Shown: positions 44,984-58,300 of the stretch, one piece after another
How positions within the stretch are numbered: the stretch's first letter is position 1
How the letters are laid out: the number at the start of each line of letters is the position of its first letter
From: the human T2T-CHM13v2.0 reference genome, Homo sapiens
Assembly (NCBI RefSeq): GCF_009914755.1
Contig: NC_060946.1
Strand: one strand, 5' to 3'
Length of the DNA: 64,000 nucleotides
Program-made: the position numbers and the translations under genes
Notes under the pieces: model-generated
Told to the model about the DNA's origin: nothing
Seen by the model: only the letters and a program-made list of their open reading frames with translations
Databases searched by the model: none

Positions 44984-46308
44984 GAGAAAAGACAAATATA
45001 TAGGTGACAAATAATATTTAGAGTGTAAGACGCTTTTTAAAGGTATATTTGCAATTTGTTTCAAAACATTTAAATATACATTTGTTACTTTAACTATAAA
45101 ATTTCAAATAATTTAAGCTAAATACATAGTATATGCAGAAAATTTAGCAATATTTGTATGTAGTACCTTACTGTGCATTACTGTAATCAGCTGTCTAATA
45201 TAAAGAACTAATTAAGGTAACAACTACTTTTCAAATATCTCATTTTTTCACAGACCTATTAAATAAGACAAATAACATATAAACTTTGTTTTTAAATTTA
45301 CAGAATAGTAGTTTTCAGAAGATGGTTTATTTTAGCAAATTCCATCTTCACATTGTGCTATGCTTTTATGAGTACCAGCTGTTAAAGGATAATATTTTAC
45401 TGCTGAATCTATCATGTGTGATATAATTGCTCATTATGTGCCTTAAAACACAAGCAATATAGTTATTTTCAATTTGCAGCAAATTAAAATCTTATCAGCC
45501 ATTTAAAAACTCTAGAGTTGTCTTCTTCTGGTTAATTATTTTAAACATGTATTTTTCTCTCTATGTTTTTAGTGCGTTGTCTTATCAAGGAGAAGAACTC
45601 AAGCTGATTATTCTTTTTTTTCTTTCCCATCCACCTCGCAGGTGTGTTAATAATTACATTTCTCAGAAAATGTTCTTTCATATCCATCTTACAAGATGAG
45701 AGAGCTTTTAAAATCTTCCATTCGGATGTGATAGGAGTAATGCAAAATATTCCAGCTTCATGAATATGGTGATACAAATAGTTATCCGTCTAACCTCTTT
45801 CAGTGCCAAATGTATACTTTAGTCAGTGAATTACTCAGTTGACTGGTAATTTCTTCTGAAATCACAAATGAGAGGATCAGAGGTCTGGCTCTTGTCTGTA
45901 CCACATATGACTCCCAGTGCAGACAATTGTTTCTATGGAGCACAGACAGTTGAAAGGATTGACTTCCTGCCTAGAATAGTTTCTCTTGTGCTTCTTATCC
46001 TTCTTGTGGAGATTTCAGATTATCTGAATTGCTTTTCTATCTTAAGAAAAAACTCAACAATTCTGCCACCTGAGAGGAATGGAAACTGTAGTAAGTTAGC
46101 AGAACCAATCCGTAAAGTTTTACATTGTTTTTTGCAAAATGCAGCTTCGGTGTCTCCATCACTAACCTTTTCTATCCCTCATTGCTCTTTCTTTGACTGC
46201 AATAGGATACCTCTAGGCACATCTGTATTCCCGAGACAGAGTGCCGTTTTGGTTAGCTATAAGTACACTCAATGGTAGGCGGAAATACTAGCTTTTATCT
46301 ACGGCGAA

Positions 46309-49300
46309 ATTCCATTCCACTACACTCCATTCCACTCCACTCCACTCCACGCTATTCAATTCCATTCCACCCCATTCCATTCCACTTCATTCCACTCCAC
46401 TGCACTCCACTTCACTGCATTCCGTTCCATTCCACTTCACTCCATTCTACTCCACTCCACTCCATTCCACTCCATTCCATTCCACTCCAATCCACTCCAT
46501 TCCACTGCACTTCACTCCATTCCACTCCACTCCATTCCACTCCATTCCATTCCATTCCATTCCATTCCATTCCATTCCACTCCATTCCATTCCATTCCAT
46601 TCCATTCCACTCCACTCAATTCCATTCCACTCCATTCCACTCTACTCCAATCCACTCCACTCCACTACATTGCATTCCATTACATTACATTCCATAATAC
46701 ATCCACTCCATTCCCTTCCTTTCTTTCGACAGGATTTCACTCTGTCACCCAGGCTGGAGTGCAGTGCAAAATCTCAGCTCACATTTCTTTTCACCATTCC
46801 ATTCCATGCCATTGCATTCCATTCCATTCCACTCCACTCTGTACAATTCCATTCCTCCCCATTACATTCCACTCCACTAACTTCCACTCCACTCCACTCC
46901 ACTCCAATCACTTCCATTCTACCCCATTCCATTCCACTTCATTCCACTCCATTCCACTCCACTTCACCGCATTCCAATTGATTCCATTCGATACCATTCC
47001 ATTCCATTCCATTTGATTTCATTTGATTCAATTACATTCCATTTCACTCCATTCCATTCCACTCCATTCCACTCCACTCCACTCCACTTCATTCCACTCC
47101 ACTCCATTCCACTCCATTCCACTGCACTCCAATCCACTCCACTCAACTCCAATCCACTCCACTCAACTCCAATCCACTCCACTCCATTCCATTCCACTCC
47201 ATTCTACACCTTTCCACTCCAATCCATTCCATTCCATCCCATTCCATTCCACTCCATTCCACTCCAATCCACTACACCCCACTCCACTCCACTGCACTCC
47301 ATTCCATAAGAATCCATACCACACCATTCCACTCCACTCCACTCCATGATAATCCACTCTGCTCCACTCCATTCCATTCCATTCCATTCCATTCCATTCC
47401 ATTCCATTCCATTCCATTCCATTTTAAATCCATTCAATTCCATTCCTTTCTTTTGACAGGATCTCACAAGGTCACCCAGGCTGGAGTGCAGTGCACAATC
47501 TCAGCTCACATTTCATTTCACCATTCCATTCCATTCCATTCCATTCCATTCCATTCCATTCCATTCCATTCCATTGCATTCCATTCCGCTTCACTCCACT
47601 CCACTCCACTCCGTTCCATTCCATTCCTTCCCTTTTCATTCCATTCCACTCCATTCCACTACACTCCATTGAATTACATTCCACCCCATTCCATTCCACT
47701 CCATTCCACTCCACTCCACACCATTTCACCACATTACGTTCCATTCCACTCCATTCCATTCCATTCCTTTTGATTCCTTTCGATTCCATTCCAATTCATT
47801 CCATTCCATTCCACTCCACTCCACCCCATTGAATTGCACTCCATTCCACTCCACTCCACCCCATTCCACTCCACTCCAGTCCATTCCACTCCATTGCACT
47901 CCACTCAATTCCACTCCATTCCACTGCACTCAATTCCACTCCATTCCACTGCACTCAATTCCATTCCACTCCACCCCATACCATTCCACTCCAGTCCATT
48001 CCATTCCACTCCAGTCCATTCCACTCCACTCCAGTCCATTCCAATCCACTCCATTTCATTCCACTCCACTCCATTCAATTCCACTCCACTTCACTCCACT
48101 CCACTCCATTCCACTCCACTCCACTCCACTCCAGTGTTCTACATTCCACTGCAGTCCACTCCGTTCCACTCCATTCCATTCCACTGCACTCAACTCCCCT
48201 CCACTCCACTCCAATCCACTATATTCCATTCCATTCCATTCTACACCTTTCCACTCCATTCCACTCCACTCAATACCATTCCATCCCATTCCATTCCACT
48301 CCATTCCACTCCACTCCACCCCACTCCACTCCACCCCACTCCATTCCATTCCATTCTATAACAATCCATACCACTCAATTCCACTCCACTCCATTCCATG
48401 CCACTCCACTCCACTCCACTCAATTCCATTCCATTCCACTCCATTCCATTGTAAATCCATTCCATTCCACTCCTTTCTTTTGACGGGATCTCACTCTGTC
48501 ACCCAGGCTGGAGTTCAGTGCACAATCTTAGCTAACATTTCATGACACCATTCCATTCCATTCCATTCCATTCCATTCCATTCCATTCCATTTGATTCCT
48601 TTTGATTCCATTCCATTTCATTCCACTCCACTCCACCCCACTCCACTCCATTCCACTCCATTCCTCTACACTCCATTCCACTCCATTCCATTCCACTCCA
48701 CTCAACTCCACTCCACTCCAGTAAACTCCATTCCATTCTATAAATTTCCACTCCTCTCCACTCCATTCCATTCCATCCCATTCCATTCCACTCCATTCCA
48801 GTCCACTCCATTCCACCCCACTCCAATACACTCCACTCCATTACATTCTGTTCCATAACAATCCATAACACTCCATTCCACTGCACTCCACTCCACTCCA
48901 TGCCACTCCACTCCACTCCATTCCATTACATTCCATTCTAAATCCATTCCATTCCAATCCTTTCTTTCAACAGGATCTCATTCTATCAACCAGGCTGCAC
49001 TGCACTGCACAATCTCAGCTCACATTTCATTTCACCATTCCATTCCATCCCATTGCATTCTATTCCATTCCAATGCATTCCATTGCATTCCACTCCACTC
49101 CACTCCGTTCAATTCCATTCCTTCCGATTCCATTCCACTCAATTCCATTCCAATCCACTCCACTCCGTTGAATTCCATTCCACCCCATTCCATTCTACTC
49201 CATTCCACTTCAGCGCATTCCATTCGATTCCATTGAATGCCATTTGTTTCCATTCGATTCGATTCCATACAATTCCATTCGATTCCATTTTTTCCATTCG

Positions 49301-52300
49301 ATTCCTTACAATTCCATTCGATTCCATTTTTTCCATTCGATTCCGTTTGATTCCATTTGATTCCATTCGATTCGATTTCATTCGGTTCGATTCGATTCCA
49401 TTCGATTCCATTCAATTCCATTCCATTCCGTTCTGATCCACTCCATTCCACTCCACTCCATTCCACCTCATACCATTCCACTCCATTCCATTCCATTCCA
49501 TTCCATTCCATTCCATTCCATTTGATTCCTTTCGATTCCATTCCATTTCATCCCATTCCATTCTATTCCACTCCACTCCACCCCACTCCACTCCATTCCA
49601 CTCCATTCCTCTACACTCCATTCCACTCCATTCCATTCCACTCCACTCCACTCCACTCCACTCCACTCCACTCCAGTAAACTCCATTCCATTCCATTCCA
49701 TTCTATAAATTTCCACTCCTCTCCACTCCATTCCATTCCATCCAATTCCATTCCACTCCATTCCAGTCCACTCCATTCCACCCCACTCCAATACACTCCA
49801 CTCCATTACATTCTGTTCCATAACAATCCATAACACTCCATTCCACTGCACTCCACTCCACTCCATGCCACTCCACTCCACTCCATTCCATTACATTCCA
49901 TTCTAAATCCATTCCATTCCAATCCTTTCTTTCAACAGGATCTCATTCTATCAACCAGGCTGCACTGCACTGCACAATCTCAGCTCACATTTCATTTCAC
50001 CATTCCATTCCATTCCATTGCATTCTATTCCATTCCAATGCATTCCATTCCATTCCACTCCACTCCACTCCGTTCAATTCCATTCCTTCCGATTCCATTC
50101 CATTCAATTCCATTCCAATCCACTCCACTCCGTTGAATTCCATTCCACCCCATTCCATTCTACTCCATTCCACTTCAGCGCATTCCATTCGATTCCATTC
50201 AATGCCATTTGTTTCCATTCGATTCGATTCCATACAATTCCATTCGATTCCATTTTTTCCATTCGATTCCTTACAATTCCATTCGATTCCATTTTTTCCA
50301 TTAGATTCCGTTTGATTCCATTTGATTCCATTCGATTCGATTTCATTCGGTTCCATTCGATTCCATTCCATTCCATTCTGATCCACTCCATTCCACTCCA
50401 CTCCATTGCACTCCACTCCATTCCACCTCATACCATTCCACTCCATTCCATTCCATTCCATTTCATTCCATTGCATTCTAAATCCATTCTATTCCATTCC
50501 TTTCTTTCGACAGGATCTCACTCTCTCACCCAGGATGGAGTGCAGTGCACAATCTCAGCTCACATTTCAATTCGCCATTCCATGCCATTCTATTCCATTT
50601 CATTCCATTCCATTCCATTCCACTCCATTGCATTCCATTCCATTCCACTCCACTCCACTTTACTCCATGCCACTCCACTCCATTCCATTCCAGTCCACTC
50701 CATTCCACTCCACTCCACTCCCTTTCATTCCAATCCACTCCACTCCATTCCACTCCATTTCACTAAACTCCACTCCACTCCATTCCACTCCATTCCATTC
50801 CACTCCACTCAATTCCAGTCCACTCCATTCCATTCCATTCCATTCTACACCTTTCCACTTCACTCCACTCAACTGCACTCCATTCCATTCCATCCCAATC
50901 CACTCCACTCCATTCCACTCCACTCCACCCCAGAGCACTCCACTTCACTCCATTGCATTCCATTCCATAACAATCCATACCATTCTGCTCCACTCAACTC
51001 CACTCCACTCCACTCCACTCCCAGCCACTTCACTCCACTTCATTCCATTACATTCCATTGTAAATCTATTCCATTCTATTCCTTTTTTACGAAAGGATCT
51101 CACTCTGTCACCTAGGTTGGAGTGCAGTGCACAATCTCAGCTCACATATCATTTCACCATTCCAGTCCATTCCATTCCATTGCATTCCATTCCACACCAC
51201 TCCACTCCACTCCACTCCATTCAATTCCATTCCTTCCCAGTGCATTCCACTCCAATCCATTCCACTCCACTTCACTCCACTCCATTAAATTTCATTCCAC
51301 CCCATTCCATTCCACTCCATTCCACTCCACTCCATTCCACTTCACCACATTCCATTAAATTCCATTCGATGCCATTCAATTCCATTCCATTTGATTCCAT
51401 TCCATTCCATTCCATTCTATTCCATTCCATTCAATTCCAATCCATTCCATTCCATTCCACTCCATTCCACTCCATTCCACTCCATTCCACTCCACTCCAT
51501 TTCATTCCCTTCTATTATATTCCATTCCACTCCATTCAATTCCATTCCATTCCACTCAATTCCATTCCACTGCACTCCACTCCATTCCACTCCACTCTGC
51601 TCGACTCCATTCCATGCCATTCCACCCCACTCCATTTCACTTCTTTTCACTCCATTCCTTTCCCTTCCTTTCCATTCCACTCCACTCCGTTCCACTCCAC
51701 TCCACGCCACTCCACTCCAGTCTACTCCATTCCATTACGTTCCATTCTAAATCCATTCCATTATATTGCATTCTAAATCCATTCCATTCCCTTCCTTTCT
51801 TTCGACAGGATCTCACTCTTTCTCCCAGGCTAGAGTGCAGTGCGCAATCTCAGCTCACATTTCATTGCACCATTCAGTTCTATTCCATTCCATTGCATTT
51901 CATTCCACTCCACTCTGTTCAATTCCATTCCTTCCCATTCCATTCCATTCCACTCCACTCCACTCCACGCTAATCCACTCCACTCCACTCCATTACATTA
52001 CATTCTATTTTAAATCCATTCAATTCCATTCCTTTCTTTGGACAGGATCACACTACATCACCCAGGCTGCATTGCACTGCAGAATCTCAGCTCATATTTC
52101 ATTTCACCATTCCATTCCGTTGCATTCCATTCCACTCCACTCCACTGCACTCCATTTGATTCCATTCCTTCCCATTCCGTTCCATGTGATTCCATTCCAC
52201 TCCACTCCAGTCCCTTGAATTCCATTCCACCCCATTCCATTCCACTCCATTCCACTCCACTCCATTCCAGTTCTCTGTATTCCATTTGATTCCATTCGAT

Positions 52301-55300
52301 ATCATTCGATTCCATTTGATTCGATTCCATTCAATTCCATTCGATTCCATTTTTTCCATTTGATTCCATTCGATTCCATTCGATTCCATTTGATTCTATT
52401 CCATTCGATTTCATTCTATTCCATTCGATTCGTTTCCATTCCATTCCACTCCACTCCACTCCATTCCCCTCCACTCCATTCCACCCCATTCCATTCCACT
52501 GCATTCCATTCCATTCCATTTCATTCCATTCCATTCTAAATCCATTCCATTCCATTCTTTTCTTTCGACAGGATCTCACTCTCTCACCCAGGCTGGAGGG
52601 CAGTGCACAATCTCAGCTCACATTTCATTTCACCATTCCATGCCATTCCACTCCATTGCATTCGATTCCATTCCATTCCACTCCATTGCATTCCATTCCA
52701 TTCCACTCCACTCCACTCCACTCCATTCCACTCCACTCCATTCCATTCCAGTCCACTCCATTCCATTCCATTCCACTCCACTCCACTCCATTTCATTCGA
52801 ATCCACTCCACTCCATTCCACTCCATTCCAGTAAACTCCACTCCACTCCCCTCCATTCCACTCCACGCCATTCCACTCCATTCCATTCCACCCCACTCAA
52901 TTCCACTCCACTCCACTACATTCCATTCCATTCTACACCTTTCCACTCCACTCCACTCCATTCCATTACATCACATTCCATTCCACTCCATTCAACTCCA
53001 CTCCACTCCACCCCACAGTACTCCACTCCACTCCATTGAATTCCATTCCATAACAATCCATAGCATTCCGTTCCACTCCACTCCAATCCACTCCACGACA
53101 CTCCACTCCACTCCATTCCATTACATTCCATTGTAAATCCATTCCATTCCTTTCCATTCTTATGACAGGATCTCACTCTGTCACCCAGGTTGGAGTACAG
53201 TGCACAGTTTCAGCTCACATATCATTTCACCATTCCAGTCCATTGCATTCCATTCCACACCACTCCACTCCACTCCGTTCAATTCCATTCCTTCCCAGTC
53301 CATTCCACTCCACTCCATTCTACTCCACTTCACTCCACTCCATTAAATTTCGTTCCACCCCATTCCATTCCACTCCATTCCCCTCCACTCCACTTCACCA
53401 CATTCCATTCAATTCCGTTCGATGACATTCAATTCCATTCCATTCGATTCCATTCCATTCCATTCCATTTGATTCCAATCCATTCCATTCCATTACACTC
53501 AATTCCACTCCACTCCATTCCAATCCACTCCACTCCACTCCATTCCATTACCTTCCATTGTATGGCATTCCACTCCATTCCATTCCATTCCACTCAATGT
53601 CATTCCACTCCACTCCATTCCATTTCACTCCACTCCGCTCGACTGCATTCCATGCCATTCCACCCCACTCCATTTCACTTCTTTTCACTCCATTCCATTC
53701 CATTCCATTCCAATCCATTCCATTCCACTCCATTCCACTCCACTCCACTCCACTCCAATGTACTCCATTTCATTACATTCCATTCTAAATCCATTCCATT
53801 ATATTCCATTCTAAATCCATTTCATTCCCTTCCTTTCTTTCGACAGGATCTCACACTCTCACCCAGGCTGGAATGCAGTGCACAATCTCAGCTCACATTT
53901 CATTTCAGCATTCCATTTGATTCCATTCCATTGCATTTCATTCCACTCCACTCCACTCCATTCAATTCCATTCCTTCCCAATCCTTTCCACTCCACTCCA
54001 TTCTACTCCACTCCACTCCATTCATTTCAATTCCACCCCTTTTCATTCCACTCCATTCCAATCCACTCCACTGCATTTCACTGCATTCCATTTGATTCTG
54101 TTCCATTCATTTCCATTCCATTGCCTTCAACTCCATTCAATTCCATTCGATTCCATTCCATTCGATTCCATTCCATTCGATTCTGTTCCATTCCATTCCA
54201 TTCCATTGCCTTCCATTACATTCCATTCCACTTCACTCCCTTCCGTTTCATTCTATTCCATTCTACTACATTCCACTCTACTCCAATACACTCCACTCCA
54301 TTCCACTGCACTCCAATCCACTCCACTAAACTCCACTCCACTCCTCTCCATTGCATTCTATTCTACACCTTTCCACTCCACTCCACTCCACTTCACCGCA
54401 TTCCAATCGATTCCATTTGATGCCATTCGATTCCATTCGATTCCATTCCATTCCATTCCATTCCATTGCACTCCACTCCACTCCACTCCATCCCACTCCA
54501 ATCCATTCAACTCCATTCCACTCTACTCCAATCCACTCCACTCATATCCAATCCACTCCACTCCACTCCATTCCAATCCGTTCTACAGCATTCCACTCCA
54601 CTCCACTCCATTACATTTCATCTCATTCCATTCCACTCCATTCCACTCCACTACACCCCACTCCAGTCCACTGCATTCCATTCGATTCCATAAGAATCCA
54701 TACAACTCCATTCCACTCCACTCCACTCCACGCTATTCCACTCTACTCCACTCAATTCTATTACCTTCCATTTCAAATCCATTCCATTCCATTCCTTTCT
54801 TTTGACAGGATCTCATTAGGTCACCCAGGCTGGATTGCAGTTCATAATTTCAGCTCACATTTGATTTCTCCATTCCATTCCATTGTATTCCATTCCACTT
54901 CACTCCACTCCACTCCACTCTGTTCAATTCCATTCCTTCCCATCCCATTCCACTCCTCGCCATTCCACTCCACTCCACTCCATTGAATTCCATTCCACCC
55001 CATTCCATTCCAGTCCATTCCACTCCACTCCACAATATTTCACCACATTCCATTCCATTCTGTTCCATTCCATTCCATTCCATTCCAATTTCTTTCCATT
55101 CCATTCCATTTCATTTCATTCCATTCCATTCCATTCCATTCCAATTTCTTTCCATTCCATTCCATTTCATTTCATTCCATTCCATTCCATTCCATTCCAC
55201 TCCACTTCACTCCACTCCATTACACTGCACTCCATTCCACTCCACTCCACTCCATTCCATTCCATTCCACTCCACTTCACTCCACTCCATTACACTGCAC

Positions 55301-58300
55301 TCCATTCCACTCCACTCCACTCCATTCCATTCCATTCCACTCCATTCCACTCCAGTCAGGTCCATTCTACTCCATTCCACTCCACTGCATTCCACTCCAC
55401 TCCAATGCACTTCATTCCATTCCACTCCACTCCACACCATTCCAACCCAGTCCATTCCATTCCACTCCAGTCAATTCCACTCCACTGCAGTCCATTCCAC
55501 TCCACTCCATTCCATTCCGCTCCACTCCATTCCATTCCACTCCACTTCACTCCACTCTGCTCCATTCCACTCCACTCAACTCCATTCCACTCCATTCCAT
55601 TCCACTGCACTCAGCTCCCTTCCAATCCACTCCACTCCACTATACTCCATTCCATTCCATTCTACACCTTTCCACTCCACTCCACTCCCCTCCATTCCAT
55701 TCCATCTCATTCCATTCCACTCCATTACACTCCACTCCACTTCACCCCACTCCACTCCATTCCATTCCATTCCATAAGAATCCATACCACTCCATTCCAC
55801 TCCACTCCTCTCCACACTACTCCACTCCACTCCAGTCCATTCCATTACATTCCATTTTAAATCTGTTCCCTTCCATTCGTTTCTTTTGACAGGATCTCAC
55901 TAGGTCACCCAAGCTGGAGTGCAGCACACAATCTCAGCTGATAATTCATTTCACCATTCCATTCCATTGCATTCCACTCCACTCCACTAAACTTCACTCT
56001 GTTCAATTCCATTCCTTCCCATTCCATTCCACGCGACTCCATGCCACTCAACTGCACTCCAATCCATTTAATTCCATTCCACCCCATTCCATTCCACTCC
56101 ATTCCACTCCTCTCCACAACATTTCATCGCATTCCATTCCATTCCATTCCATTCCATGATTCCTTTTGATTCCATTCCATTTCATTCAGTTCCATTCCAT
56201 TCCACTATACTCCACTCCATTGCACTGCACTCCATGCCACTCCACTCCAATCCATTCCATTCCATTCCACTCCAATCCACTCCACTCCAGTCCATTCCAC
56301 TCCATTCCACTCCACTCCATTCTACTCCAGTCCACTCTACTGCACTCCATTCCATTCCACTCCACTCCATACCATTCCATTCCACTCCATTCCATTCCAC
56401 ACTAGTCCATTCCACTCCACTCCATTGCTTTCCACTTCACTCCATTCCATTCCACTCCACTTCATTCACTCCACTCCACTCCACTCCTCTCCATCCCACT
56501 CCACTGCATTCCACTCCATTCCATTACACTGCTCTCAACTCCCCTCCACTCCACTCCACTATATTCCATTCCATTCCATTCTACACCTTTCCACTCCACT
56601 CTACTCCTCTCCATTCCATTCCATCCCAATCCATTCCACTCCATTCCCTTCCACTCCATTCCACCCAAGTATACTCCACTCAACTCCATTCCATTCCATT
56701 CCATTCCATAACAATACATACCACTAAATTCCACTCCACTCTACTCTACGCCACTCCACTCCATTTCATTCCATTCCATCCCATTCCATTCCACTCCATT
56801 CCACTCCACTCCACCCCACTTCACTCCACTCCACTCCATTCCATTCCATTCCATGAAAATCCATACAACTCAACTCCACTCCACTCCACTCCACGACACT
56901 CCACTCCACTCCACTCCATTATATTACATTCCATTGTAAATTCATTCCATTCCATTCCTTTCTTTTGACGGAATCTCACTCTGTCACCCAGGCTGGAGTG
57001 CAGTGCACAATCTCAGCTCACATTTCATTTCACCATTCTATTCCATTCCATTCCATTGTATTCCATTCCATTCCATTCCATTCCACTCCACTCCACCCCA
57101 CTCCACTCCATTCCACTCCACTCCATTCCACTCCATTCCATTCCATTCCACTCAACTCCACTCCACTCAACTCCATTCCATTCCATTCCATTCTACACAT
57201 TTCCTCTCCACTCCACTCTATTCCATTCCATCCCATTCCATTCCACTCCATTCCAGTCCTCTCCATTCCATCCCCCTCCACTCCATTCCACTCCATTCCA
57301 TTCCATAACAATCCATACCTCTCCATTCCACCGCACTCCACTCCACTCCATTCCATTCCATAACAATCCATACCTCTCCATTCCACCGCACACCACTCCA
57401 CTCCACGCCACTCCACTCCACTCCATTCCATTCTAAATCCATTCCTTTCCATTCCTTTCTTTTGACAGGGTCTCACTCTATCACCCAGGCTGAACTGAGG
57501 TGCACAATCTCAGTTCATATTTCATTTCCCCATTCCATTCCATTCCATTCCATTCCATTCCACTCCATTCCATTCTATTCCAATGCATTCCATTCCATTC
57601 CATTGCATTCCATTCCACTCCACTCCACTCCACTCCAGTCAATTACATTCCTTCCCATTCCATGCCGTTTGATTCCATTCCACTCCACTCCACTCCATTG
57701 AATGCCATTCCACCCCATTCCATTCCACTCCATTCCACTGCACTCCATTCCTCTTCACCGCATTCCATTTGGTTCCTTTGATGCCATTCGATTCCATTTG
57801 ATTCGATTCCATTCAAATCCATTTTTTCCATTCGATTCCATTCGACTCAATTCCATTTAATTCAATTTGATTCAATTCGATTTGATTCCATTCGATTCCA
57901 TTCCATTACATTCCACTCCACTCCACTCCATTCCACTCCACTCCATTCCACTCAATTCCACTCCATTCCATTCCATTCCATTCTTTCTAAATCCATTCCA
58001 TTCCATTCCATTCCATTCCATTCCATTCCATTCCATTCTTTCTAAATCCATTCCATTGCATTCCTTTCTTTTGACAGGATCTCACTCTCTCACCCAGGCT
58101 GGAGTGCAGTGCACAATCTCAGCTCACATTTAATTTCACCATTCTATGCCATTCCATTCCATTGCATTCTATTCCATTCCATTCCAATCCATTGCATTCC
58201 ATTCCATTCCACTCCACTCCACTCCATTCCACTCCACTCCATTCCATTCCAGTGCACTCCATTCCTCACCACTCCACTCCACTACACTCCACTCCCTTTC

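Noticed and set aside
45868-46278. 136-aa ORF next to the satellite
   Set aside because: No recognisable homology or domain, and the length is plausible by chance.
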